The position numbers were made by a program, and so were the translations under genes. Positions 10,485 through 20,203 of a stretch of 64,000 nt of DNA are shown here, piece by piece (the stretch's first letter is position 1; every line of letters begins with the position of its first letter). Source of the stretch: Candidatus Kapaibacterium sp. (lineage in GTDB: Bacteria; Bacteroidota; Ignavibacteria; Kapaibacteriales; UBA2268); the NCBI GenBank assembly GCA_963665665.1, contig OY762428.1:1760001-1824000 (forward strand), written 5' to 3'. Under the pieces are notes generated by a model. That model ran no database searches and was not told where the DNA came from. It worked only from the letters and a program-made list of their open reading frames with translations.

Positions 10485-10573
10485 AACATATCCTCATTTA
10501 TAAATTCTCCTTACCTCAATGACACTAAAAAGTGAAAAAGGTCTCAGGGAATTGAAAAATTAACAGGATATGA

Positions 10574-11104
10574 TCAATCTATATCTATCTTTTTTCTCAG
10601 GCGGAAAAGCATTGTGAATATGGCTATCACAGTGGTATATGAGGATATGGCGATGCCGTATTTCATAACGAATGCCAGGTAGTCAATCTCGCTTGGTTTT
10701 ATGTAGAAGAAGAAGTAAACGATATTATGGAAAAATGAGGCAAGGAAAACAATGTACAGGAAACGGTAGCGGCCTATTTTGTGCTCAAGGCTGCCCTCGC
10801 GGCAGAAAAGCCCGGCAATATAAACTGCAACCGTTTTGGCAAGAGCGTTGGTGCCAATCACGTCGGCGGATATGATATCAAACATTATACCCACCAGGAA
10901 ACCGGCAAAAAGCCCCTTCAGGCGCCCCTCGGCAAGAGTAAACCATACGCAGAATATCAGCAGCAGGTCCGGTGTGATGTTCTGCACGGAAATGAAACGC
11001 AGGAATACGATATGCAAAATAACAAGGAATAACGCTGTTATGGCGTATTTAATATATTTTATTATTGCATCTCTTGTGCCTTTTGGCGTATCGAATTTTA
11101 CCAT
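10574..11104 (-). CDS. mreD: Rod shape-determining protein MreD
   Basis: Hydrophobic protein with TPDLLLI and GF..GI.FDI....IG.NAL motifs; immediately after mreC. Confidence 0.9.
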   Translation of the reverse strand: MVKFDTPKGTRDAIIKYIKYAITALFLVILHIVFLRFISVQNITPDLLLIFCVWFTLAEGRLKGLFAGFLVGIMFDIISADVIGTNALAKTVAVYIAGLFCREGSLEHKIGRYRFLYIVFLASFFHNIVYFFFYIKPSEIDYLAFVMKYGIAISSYTTVIAIFTMLFRLRKKIDID

Positions 11105-11108
11105 GCCG

Positions 11109-11963
11109 CTATCTCCTGCCCGTTCTTGCTTTTAATCTTTGTTCCATCTCTTCTATCAGCTGCTGCCGCTCGGGGTCGGGCGTGTGCAATATCACAAAAA
11201 CTTCTTCAATTGTATTGAAATCAACAAATGGCTTTACTTTTATTTTCAGAAACAGTGAGGATTTATCTTCTTCAATCAAAATAATCTGCCCGATGGGAAT
11301 GCCTTCAGGAAATTTATTACTGAAATTCGAGGTCATAACAATGTCGCCTGTCTGAACGTCGAATGATCCCGGGATGTTTTTCAGCAGGAAGTTATTGCCT
11401 CCTTCCCATGCCAGTATGCCGTTAATATCAGTTCTCTGGATTTTAGCCGAGATTTTAATATTCCGGTTGGCGATAAGCTCCACTAAGGAATAATTTTCAC
11501 TTACGCCTACCACCACTCCGCAAAGCCCCGCATCGGACCTTACGGTCATCCCGCGCCTGACACTGTCCGCGGCACCCGAGGCAAGTGTGAAATACTGACG
11601 CATTTCCACGGTAGTTTTGCCGACAATTTCCGATGTGATATATGGTCTTTCCTGCGCCTCTTCAAGCTCCATCAGCTTACGCAGCTCCTTGTTTTCTATC
11701 AGGGCATGGCGCATCCTTGTAACTTCGGATGATAACTTAAGGTTGAGTTCCCTAAGCGCTTTGTTTTCGCTTTCCAAAGCTCCCGGGTTGGGAACCCATG
11801 AAAAAAGCTCCTGCAGCCAGCCTGTAGCGCCGATAACCACGGTGCGGAAACCGCCTATCTGAGATACATTGCCCATGGAAATAAGAGACAAACTAATGAT
11901 AATCAACGCTGCAAACGTTATCATTTCCTTGAATCTGACTATCAGCTCAATTAGTCTCTGCAT
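11109..11963 (-). CDS. mreC: Rod shape-determining protein MreC
   Basis: N-terminal TM, coiled coil with EN..LR repeats, GL.GVV, GDIVMTS.....FPEGIPIG, VKP.VDF..IEEV. Confidence 0.93.
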   Translation of the reverse strand: MQRLIELIVRFKEMITFAALIIISLSLISMGNVSQIGGFRTVVIGATGWLQELFSWVPNPGALESENKALRELNLKLSSEVTRMRHALIENKELRKLMELEEAQERPYITSEIVGKTTVEMRQYFTLASGAADSVRRGMTVRSDAGLCGVVVGVSENYSLVELIANRNIKISAKIQRTDINGILAWEGGNNFLLKNIPGSFDVQTGDIVMTSNFSNKFPEGIPIGQIILIEEDKSSLFLKIKVKPFVDFNTIEEVFVILHTPDPERQQLIEEMEQRLKARTGRR

Positions 11964-12050
11964 AGGGTAAGTTTAAATAAATAATATAATTTGTAATTAT
12001 GTTTCACTGAAGAATTTTTCAATTTTCAACTTTATCAATGTTTGTAATTC

Positions 12051-12326
12051 CCCGACAGGTCACCGATAAATCGGTGCAGGCAGGGGCAGGCTTCAGGAGC
12101 GAAGCGACTGAAGAATCCATTTCCTACTTTCTTTATCAGAAGAATAAACTCTTCGCTCGGCTCAGAGTGACAACATCATCAGCTTATGAGACAGCCTCCT
12201 TTTGCTCTTAGCCATCCCCTTCGGGAAGACGACAGTCTTTTCGAGGGTTTGGGAGGGATCAAGTGTAAGAGACTTATTAAATTTTCAAAAATTTCAATAC
12301 AATTTCTATAAACCTTCGGAAGGTTA
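12051..12326. repeat. Cluster of palindromic repeat remnants between mreB and mreC
   Basis: CACCGATAAATCGGTG hairpin; GAGCGAAGCGACTGAAGAATCC ... CTTCGCTCGGCTCAGAGTGACA (family also at 14670 and 22877); AACCTTCGGAAGGTT at 12311-12325 (identical at 63360). Confidence 0.65.
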
Positions 12327-12341
12327 ATCTAAAAATTTCTA

Positions 12342-13367
12342 TCAATATCTTGTATTCTTGATCAATACCGAGGAATAATCATTCAGAGATTCCAGGGCTT
12401 TTCCTGTTCCGCGAGCAACGGCAAAGAGTGGTTCTTCGGCAACATTTACCGGAAGGCTGGTTTCGCGCCTGAGCCTTTCGTCAAGTCCTTTCAGCAATGC
12501 ACCGCCGCCGGAAAGCATAATACCGCGGTCGAAAATATCAGCCGATAGTTCCGGTGGAGTTTTCTCCAAAAGGCTGCGAACGGCATCAACTATCTCTGAA
12601 ACTGCCTCGGAAAGGGCTTCCCTGATATCAACCGATGTAACCTGGATCATTCTCGGGAAACCTGAAACCAGGTCGCGTCCCTTCACTTCAATCTCGATTT
12701 CTTCTTCCAGTTCCACAGCCGAGCCAACTTCACATTTTATCATCTCGGCAGTTCTGTCGCCGATCAGGATATTGTGCTGCCTGCGGAAATACTGCACGAT
12801 AGATTCCGTCATCTCGTCGCCGGCCACCCTGATGGATTTGTCGCTGACTATACCGGAAAGAGCAATCACGGCAATTTCTGTTGTACCGCCGCCGATATCA
12901 ACTATCATGTTGCCAATCGGCTCATGCACGTTCAGCCCGATACCGATTGCAGCAGCCATAGGTTCCGCAATCAGGTGTACTTCTTTGGCACCGGCATGCT
13001 CGCAACTGTCCCTTACAGCGCGTTTTTCCACCTCGGTAAGCCCCGAGGGAACGCAGACCACAACCCTGCGCGCGGGCTGCCAGCTAAGCGATACCTTGCG
13101 GATAAAAGCCCTGAGCATACCTTCTGTAATTTCGAAGTCGGCGATAGCGCCGTCCCGTAGGGGACGAATAATTTTAATATCTTTATGTGTTTTACCCACC
13201 ATAGCCTGCGCTTCGCGCCCGATAGCGATAATATGCTTGCTGGAACGGTCGAAAGCAACAATGGATGGTTCGTTCAATACTATATTTTTCCCTTTCATCC
13301 AGATAAGGGTATTGGCGGTGCCAAGGTCAATTGCTACGTCATTGGAGAAGAATCTGAAAGAAGCCAT
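12342..13367 (-). CDS. mreB: Rod shape-determining protein MreB
   Basis: AIDLGTANT, EPSIVA, RPLRDGAIADF, EPMAAAIG, VDIGGGTTEIAVI, SGGGALL. Confidence 0.98.
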   Translation of the reverse strand: MASFRFFSNDVAIDLGTANTLIWMKGKNIVLNEPSIVAFDRSSKHIIAIGREAQAMVGKTHKDIKIIRPLRDGAIADFEITEGMLRAFIRKVSLSWQPARRVVVCVPSGLTEVEKRAVRDSCEHAGAKEVHLIAEPMAAAIGIGLNVHEPIGNMIVDIGGGTTEIAVIALSGIVSDKSIRVAGDEMTESIVQYFRRQHNILIGDRTAEMIKCEVGSAVELEEEIEIEVKGRDLVSGFPRMIQVTSVDIREALSEAVSEIVDAVRSLLEKTPPELSADIFDRGIMLSGGGALLKGLDERLRRETSLPVNVAEEPLFAVARGTGKALESLNDYSSVLIKNTRY

Positions 13368-13416
13368 GAATTTATCGTTTCGTTATTATGTTTCAAAAAT
13401 GCTTTTATTCCATTTA

Positions 13417-13424
13417 CAAAAATA
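13417..13424 (-). promoter_or_regulatory. Bacteroidota-type -7 promoter element (TAnnTTTG) upstream of mreB
   Basis: TATTTTTG on the minus strand ~50 nt before the ATG. The same motif precedes rpmH (32773-32780), 34420 (34370), 35784 (35738) and prx (47311). Short motif in AT-rich DNA. Confidence 0.4.
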
Positions 13425-13789
13425 ACAGAATTATGAGAGTTTTTTTAATCTAAATACAATATAAATGAAAAAATTTATAATAATAAGTGATAATCAAGAA
13501 TTGTGGAGCTATAGTTTAGGCAAAAGAAAGGATTTTTAAAGAAATAAGGCATGGGAGGTTTGGAGTAAATTCGGATTTTACATCTGAATGGTTTTGATTG
13601 AAATTTAATATTCCGAATTGTTCATTGAATAGAATATTGATGTCAATAATTATTAAATTCGGATCAATTTTTCTCGAGATTATCTTATATGTATTCAAAT
13701 AACCTGAATCTGAAGTAACAAAATAAAAAATTGATTCATCGCAATCGGATTGAGCAAAAAGTATAGAATCATTGGGAATTATAGCTCGG

Positions 13790-14340
13790 AATTGCTTCAA
13801 CACAGGCCATCCTGCTCGATCCAGGAATGCCTACTAATACTTTCACGGGTATTCTCTCTTTGTTGTTTCTGTCTGTCAGCTACAAATGCTTTCCGTTATA
13901 GTCAACATACATCTTATCGCCGTCCTTGTGCTAAAAATGCGTTACCGACTGCTTCTTTTGCAGTTTGTTGTTCAGGTGTGCAGAACCGGGTATAGTTATA
14001 GCCTCCGGGGATTTCCTTTTTATATTCTATCCATTATAAGAATTTGTTCACGCTCGTTTTTGTCAGCCCTATCCCAAATACATGAAAATTATTTGCAGGG
14101 TCGGCATAGCTATCTTCAGGGGGCATATCTGCTTATGGAATAAATTAAATAATTCGTCATTGCTCATATTACTTATGCCAGAATAGTTTATTCCTGCCGA
14201 ACCTGCCAGTACCAGGCAGCGGCTCAATGTTTTCCTCGATACTCCTGCTATAGTTGATGTTTTACTTTTACTTACCTTCACTCTGCCGAGCCTTAATATC
14301 TGTCTTATATCAATCATACTGAAACTCGTTTTAGCAATAA
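13790..14340 (-). pseudogene. istA: Decayed IS21-family transposase IstA (5' part)
   Basis: Manual minus-strand translation across frameshifts and stops: MIDIRQILRL...SKTSTIAGVSRKTL; LTKTSVNKFL*WIEYKKEIPGGYNYTRFC; HF*HKDGDKMYVDYNGK..; IPVKVLVGIPGSSRMACVEA. These are collinear with IstA motifs. Confidence 0.85.
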
Positions 14341-14415
14341 TTGTTTCCTGTTATGTGAATTGTTTTTTTATCATGGGGATTAGCATTATTCGTGCAATTT
14401 TTGGCTAAAAAAAAC

Positions 14416-14484
14416 GGGCCTTTACTGCGAAATAAACATAGAACATCCTCCGAAACAAGGTTGGACTTTGAAGCGAAATATACA
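14416..14484 (-). mobile_element. IS21 left end with internal repeat
   Basis: Minus strand TGTATATTTCGCTTCAAAGTCC starting at 14484 and a second copy TGTTTATTTCGCAGTAAAGGCC ~46 nt inside; a TG start plus multiple sub-terminal repeats is typical of IS21 ends. Confidence 0.65.
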
Positions 14485-14669
14485 GCTAAACCCTCCTTTC
14501 TTCTTCATACCCCCGTGCCCTCTCATTCATAAGCCGTGGACAGCCATAGTTTCAATTTCCTGCTTCCCGGGTTGCACTTTGGAATTCTGAAGCTCATATC
14601 CAAAGTAGAACTTTGCAGGAAATATTCCTTCCCAGGTACAACTTGGGAAGGAGGCTTTAAGGGTGTATT

Positions 14670-14870
14670 GTCATTCTGAGCGCCAGCGAAGAATCCATTC
14701 TTAATACCTAATCTGCAAAGAAAGATGGATTCTTCGGTCGCTTCGCTTCGTCAGAATGACGGATGGAAATGTCCCCCGCTGGCGGGGGTGGATTCTTAAA
14801 ATTCCCCTCGTTGAGGGGTGGCGAGCGCAGCGAGTTCCCGACACGTCGGGACAGGCAGGGGTGGATTCTT
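14670..14870. repeat. Composite palindromic repeat block (partial extra copy)
   Basis: GTCATTCTGAGCGCCAGCGAAGAATCC...GGATTCTTCG...TCAGAATGAC, CCCCCGCTGGCGGGGG, CCCCTCGTTGAGGGG, CCCGACACGTCGGG; recurs at 14941-15132 and ~16337-16528. Confidence 0.85.
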
Positions 14871-15428
14871 TTTCCGTAACCTCCCTTATCCACGAGCTAA
14901 AGCACGTGGCTATTGAATTTGACGATTATAAGGCTGGGATGTCATTCTGAGCGCCAGCGAAGAATCCATTCTTAATACCTAATCTGCAAAGAAAGATGGA
15001 TTCTTCACTTTGTTCAGAATGACGGATGGGAATGTCCCCCGCTGGCGGGGGTGGATTCTTAAAATTCCCCTCGTTGAGGGGTGGCGAGCGCAGCGAGTTC
15101 CCGACACGTCGGGACAGGCAGGGGTGGATTCTTCACACACTATCTGCAAAGAAAGATGGATTCTTCGGTCGCTTCGCTCCGTCAGAATGACAACATAACA
15201 CCTCATTCTTTTGCTCAGTTTACCCGTTCTTCCACCCAAATGAACAGGCCGCCGGCCTTAATTCCCCAACCTGTGGTTTCAATGAATCGGATAATTTCCT
15301 TATTTCAATGCTGTTTTTAATCAAAACCATGATGTTTGGGCTAATTGCTTTGTTGGCAGGGCTTTAAACTGCCTTGGCCGGAGTTATTGAACTACTGTTT
15401 GGCCTTAATGTAGTGAAATTTGGCCTCA

Positions 15429-15575
15429 TTGAACACTTGGTTGACCTTATTGAACACTTGGTTGACCTTACTGAACACTTGGTTGACCTTATTGAACACT
15501 TGGTTGACCTTACTGAACACTTGGTTGACCTTACTGAACACTTGGTTGACCTTACTGAACACTTGGTTGACCTTA
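15429..15575. repeat. 21-bp tandem repeat, 7 full units
   Basis: Unit (T/C)TGAACACTTGGTTGACCTTA, head-to-tail, no spacers. Confidence 0.95.
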
Positions 15576-15592
15576 CTGAACATGTTCTTTGC

Positions 15593-16112
15593 CTCCGACC
15601 AAGAGTTCAATGACTTCGACCAAGGCGTCAATAAAGCAAAACATTGCTGCAATAGTGTCGACCAAGAGTTCATTATCTTCAAACATCAGTACAATGATTT
15701 GAAACAAGGCAGCAATAACTTCGAACAAGGCAGCAATGACTCCGACCAAGGCATCAATGACTTCAACCAAGGCGTCAATAACTTCAACCAAGGCATCAAT
15801 AACTCCAAACAAGGCATCAATGACTTCGACCAAGGCATCAATAACTCCGACCAAGGCATCAATAAAGCAAAACATTGCTGCAATAGGTGCAAACAAGAGT
15901 TCATTATCTTCAAACAAGGCGGCAATAAAGCAAAACATTGGTGCAATGACTTCAACCAAGGCAGCAATAAAGCAAAACATTGCTGCAATAGTGTCGAACA
16001 AGACCTCAATACCTCTGACCCCTCCCAAACCCTCCCCGAAGGAGAGGGCTTTGAAGAAGAATAAGGCGGCAATGAGTTAGAACATCAGTGCAATAACTTA
16101 GACCAAGGCAGT
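15593..16112. repeat. Degenerate 21-bp-period array, inverted relative to the 15429 array
   Basis: Approximate consensus TTCAACCAAGGCATCAATAAC; its reverse complement ATTGATGCCTTGGTTGAAGTT aligns with ATTGAACACTTGGTTGACCTT. Confidence 0.85.
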
Positions 16113-16824
16113 AATAGGTTAAACCATTGGTGCTTTGCTTTCGACACTTTCTACCTCCCCCCGCCCCCCTCCTTCAAAAGGAGGGGGAGTTAATTCTATG
16201 ATATTTAACTTCTTATCCCCTCCTCGGGGAGGAGGGGAATAAAGGGGTGGTTTTCTTGCTTTGCTTTGGGTCAGGGCACATTTATCCACGCGCTAAAGCA
16301 CCTGGCCATTGAATTTGACGATTATAAGGCTGGGATGTAATCCTGAGCACCAGTGAAGAATCCATTCTTAATACCTAATCTGCAAAGAAAGATGGATTCT
16401 TCACTTTGTTCAGAATGACGGATGGGAATGTCCCCCGCTGGCGGGGGTGGATTCTTAAAATTCCCCTCGTTGAGGGGTGGCGAGCGCAGCGAGTTCCCGA
16501 CACGTCGGGACAGGCAGGGGTGGATTCTTCACACACTATCTGCAAAGAAAGATGGATTCTTCGGTCGCTTCGCTCCGTCAGAATGACAACATAACACCTC
16601 ATTCTTTTGCTCAGTTTACCCGTTCTTCCACCCAAATGAACAGGCCGCCGGCCTTAATTCCCCAACCTGTGGTTTCAATGAATCGGATAATTTCCTTATT
16701 TCAATGCTGTTTTTAATCAAAACCATGATGTTTGGGCTAATTGCTTTGTTGGCAGGGCTTTAAACTGCCTTGGCCGGAGTTATTGAACTACTGTTTGGCC
16801 TTAATGTAGTGAAATTTGGCCTCA

Positions 16825-16992
16825 TTGAACACTTGGTTGACCTTATTGAACACTTGGTTGACCTTACTGAACACTTGGTTGACCTTATTGAACACTTGGT
16901 TGACCTTACTGAACACTTGGTTGACCTTACTGAACACTTGGTTGACCTTACTGAACACTTGGTTGACCTTACTGAACACTTGGTTGACCTTA
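16825..16992. repeat. 21-bp tandem repeat, 8 full units
   Basis: Same unit as 15429-15575 with one extra copy. Confidence 0.95.
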
Positions 16993-17009
16993 CTGAACAT
17001 GTTCTTTGC

Positions 17010-17529
17010 CTCCGACCAAGAGTTCAATGACTTCGACCAAGGCGTCAATAAAGCAAAACATTGCTGCAATAGTGTCGACCAAGAGTTCATTATCTTCAAA
17101 CATCAGTACAATGATTTGAAACAAGGCAGCAATAACTTCGAACAAGGCAGCAATGACTCCGACCAAGGCATCAATGACTTCAACCAAGGCGTCAATAACT
17201 TCAACCAAGGCATCAATAACTCCAAACAAGGCATCAATGACTTCGACCAAGGCATCAATAACTCCGACCAAGGCATCAATAAAGCAAAACATTGCTGCAA
17301 TAGGTGCAAACAAGAGTTCATTATCTTCAAACAAGGCGGCAATAAAGCAAAACATTGGTGCAATGACTTCAACCAAGGCAGCAATAAAGCAAAACATTGC
17401 TGCAATAGTGTCGAACAAGACCTCAATACCTCTGACCCCTCCCAAACCCTCCCCGAAGGAGAGGGCTTTGAAGAAGAATAAGGCGGCAATGAGTTAGAAC
17501 ATCAGTGCAATAACTTAGACCAAGGCAGT
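17010..17529. repeat. Degenerate 21-bp-period array, second copy
   Basis: Translations identical to those of 15593-16112 at offset 1417. Confidence 0.85.
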
Positions 17530-17964
17530 AATAGGTTAAACCATTGGTGCTTTGCTTTCGACACTTCCTACCTCCCCCCGCCCCCCTCCTTCAAAAGGAG
17601 GGGAAGTTAATTCTATGATATTTAACTTCTTATCCCCTCCTAAAGTAGGAGGGGAATACAGGGGTGGTTTTCTTGCTTTGCTTCCGGTCAGGGCACATTT
17701 ATCCACGCGCTAAAGCACCTGGCCATTGAATTTGACGATTATAAGGCTGGGATGTAATCCTGAGCACCAGTGAAGAATCCATTCTTCACACACTATCTAA
17801 CTAAAGAAGATGGATTCTTCCGTCGCTTCGCTCCGTCAGAATAACAGATGAAGAGTACGCTGCTGCCATGCAGAAAATGTGATGGAATATTATCATTACA
17901 TAATCATCTTATAATCTATTACCTGCTTACAATTATATATTACATTGAACCGTTCATAGTTATT

Positions 17965-19401
17965 ATGAAAATATTAGTAACCGGCGCTACAGGATATATC
18001 GGAAAAAGGCTGATCCCTATTTTATTACAAAAGGGACATAATGTGATATGTGCTGTCAGGAATGTATCCAGATGGATTAAATATGATATGCCTGAGGGAA
18101 ATATAACACCTGTTGAAATTGATTTTCTTGATTCTCCCGAAAACTATCCCGAAATTGAAGCTGATGCTGCTTATTATCTGATTCATTCCATGAGCAGTTC
18201 ACTGAATGAATTCCGGGAAATGGAAGAACGAACAGCACGCAATTTCAAACAATTTGCTGTTAAAGGCAGGGTTCGACAGGTAATTTACCTGAGCGGTATT
18301 GCAAATGAGAACGAATTATCAGAACACCTGCAATCACGAAAAAACACAGAAGACATTTTAAAATCTGATAAATACTCTTTGACGGTACTTCGTGCAGGAA
18401 TAATTGTCGGGTCGGGTTCCGCCTCTTTTGAAATAATCCGCGACCTGGTAGAGAAACTGCCGTTTATGATAACACCAAAATGGCTGAACACAAAAATACA
18501 GCCAATTGCCATCAGGGATGTGCTGAAATATTTAGTTATGACGATTGAAAATCCGGAATTCAAAAACAGAACCCTGGATATTGGCGGGCCGGATATTATG
18601 ACATATAAAGAAATGCTGATGGGATTCGCAGAAGTCAGGCAGTTGAAAAGAATGATCATAACATTGCCTGTTATGACTCCGAGATTATCTTCCTACTGGC
18701 TTTATTTTGTCACGTCAGTTTCGTACAAGCTTGCCGTGAACCTTGTTAAAAGTATGAAAATAGAAGTTGTATGCCGTGATAACACTGCTGCGGAACTATC
18801 CGGATTCGAACATATTTCTTATAAAGACTCGGTAAAGCTGGCATTCACAAAAATCGAAAATCATGAAGTTCCGTCCAGTTGGAAGGATTCGCTTGTAAGC
18901 AGTTCTGCCAATCCCTCATTTATGAACAGGGTATCGGTTCCCAGGCATGGCTGTTTTAAGGATATTCAAAGTATAAGGATAATTGACAGAGAAAAAACTA
19001 TACAAAACATCTTCTCCATTGGCGGTGATAATGGCTGGTACTACCTGAATTTTCTATGGTCAATAAGAGGATTCTTAGATAAACTTCTTGGCGGCGTCGG
19101 GTTGAGAAGGGGCCGGACTGATACTGAACATATCTCGTCAGGTGATGCACTTGATTTCTGGCGTGTACTTTATGCAGACAAACAGGCAGGCCGGCTTTTA
19201 CTCTATGCTGAAATGAAACTACCCGGCGAGGCCTGGCTGGAATTCAGAATTGAAGGCGAGGGCAAACGGCAATATCTGGTTCAGGAAGCAACATTTCGCC
19301 CGAAGGGATTATCGGGCAGAATGTACTGGTATTCTATGCTACCGTTTCATTTTTTTGTTTTCTCGGGTATGGCAGCTGCTATTGCTTCAGAAAAAAATTA
19401 A
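17965..19401 (+). CDS. YbjT-like atypical SDR/NAD(P)-binding oxidoreductase with C-terminal DUF2867
   Basis: MKILVTGATGYIG, AYYLIHSM, LRAGIIVGSGSASFE, QPIAIRDV; C-terminal IGG.NGWYY, GDALDFWRV, AEMKLPGEAWLEF. ATG 17965 within ORF 17848-19401. Confidence 0.92.
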   Translation: MKILVTGATGYIGKRLIPILLQKGHNVICAVRNVSRWIKYDMPEGNITPVEIDFLDSPENYPEIEADAAYYLIHSMSSSLNEFREMEERTARNFKQFAVKGRVRQVIYLSGIANENELSEHLQSRKNTEDILKSDKYSLTVLRAGIIVGSGSASFEIIRDLVEKLPFMITPKWLNTKIQPIAIRDVLKYLVMTIENPEFKNRTLDIGGPDIMTYKEMLMGFAEVRQLKRMIITLPVMTPRLSSYWLYFVTSVSYKLAVNLVKSMKIEVVCRDNTAAELSGFEHISYKDSVKLAFTKIENHEVPSSWKDSLVSSSANPSFMNRVSVPRHGCFKDIQSIRIIDREKTIQNIFSIGGDNGWYYLNFLWSIRGFLDKLLGGVGLRRGRTDTEHISSGDALDFWRVLYADKQAGRLLLYAEMKLPGEAWLEFRIEGEGKRQYLVQEATFRPKGLSGRMYWYSMLPFHFFVFSGMAAAIASEKN

Positions 19402-19609
19402 AGCCATCTCATACTAAAACCGGAATGTATCAATTTATAATTACAGATTAATAAGCTGAATTATTAATAATTCAGCCTGCAGCCTGAAATAATTATCTGA
19501 TCTACTATATAATTGCAGCAAGCATCATTCCTGGAAAATCAAAGCTGAAATTACACGTCAAAAAGTATTAAGTAGTTTGTTATTAAATTTTTACAAATAA
19601 GGATAATAT

Positions 19610-20203
19610 ATGAACGATTTTTGGAACAAAAGATATTCAGATAAAAATTACGCTTATGGCAAAGAACCGAATAAATATTTTAAAAAGTTTATTGACAAAC
19701 TCAGCCCGGGTAAAATACTGCTCCCCGCAGATGGCGAAGGCAGGAATTCTGTATATGCTGCCGAACGTGGCTGGGATGTATATGCTTATGACGGCAGCAG
19801 CGAAGGGCAAAAAAAAGCATTGCTGCTTGCCGAAGAAAAAAATGTGAAAATTGAATATAAAGTATCAGATGTACAGGATTATAAAACAAATGAAACCTTT
19901 GATGTCATTTCCACTGTGTTCCTGCACCTCCCACCGGATACCAGGGCGGGATTCCATTCAACGCTGCCATCGTTTATAAGGCCCGGCGGTGAAATTCATA
20001 TACTTGGATTTTCAAAAAAACAAATTGAAAACAATACAGGTGGGCCAAAGAATATTGATTGGCTCTATTCATCTGAAATGTTGACCCGGGACTTCCAGGA
20101 TCTGAAAATAATTAAATGCATTGATTTTGAAGATCCAATCAGCGAAGGGCCACATCATTCCGGGCCTGCCGCAATGATTGAATTTATTGCCGTGAAGCAA
20201 TAG
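19610..20203 (+). CDS. Class I SAM-dependent methyltransferase
   Basis: FWN.RY....YAYGKEPN, LPADGEGRNSVY.A..G, GGP motif. Confidence 0.9.
   Translation: MNDFWNKRYSDKNYAYGKEPNKYFKKFIDKLSPGKILLPADGEGRNSVYAAERGWDVYAYDGSSEGQKKALLLAEEKNVKIEYKVSDVQDYKTNETFDVISTVFLHLPPDTRAGFHSTLPSFIRPGGEIHILGFSKKQIENNTGGPKNIDWLYSSEMLTRDFQDLKIIKCIDFEDPISEGPHHSGPAAMIEFIAVKQ

Larger units (their letters stand above)
14886..17783. repeat. Tandem duplication of a ~1.4 kb non-coding unit (1396 and 1417 bp) bounded by three copies of a ~85-bp direct repeat
   Basis: TTATCCACG.GCTAAAGCAC.TGGC.ATTGAATTTGACGATTATAAGGCTGGGATGT... at 14886, 16282 and 17699; ORF track duplicated with offsets of 1396 and 1417. Confidence 0.95.

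Noticed and set aside
12772-13425. Long antisense ORFs over mreB (likewise 21927-22517, 49368-49934, 52143-52775, 59189-59845, 60197-60688)
   Set aside because: Shadow frames opposite well-supported genes, with no independent motifs.
15429-16992. 21-bp arrays as a CRISPR array
   Set aside because: Units are contiguous with no unique spacers, and there are no cas genes in the window.
14708-17497. Many overlapping ORFs (LLNTWLT, LIEHLVD, FSKVNQV, VIDALVE repeats) as genes
   Set aside because: Frames are open on both strands because of the stop-poor 21-bp repeats and palindromes; there is no convincing start or recognisable domain. Coding is not excluded but is unsupported.
14886-17783. Duplication as a pure assembly artefact
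   Set aside because: The copies differ in VNTR number and in several clustered substitutions, which favours a real duplication; reads are needed to settle it.
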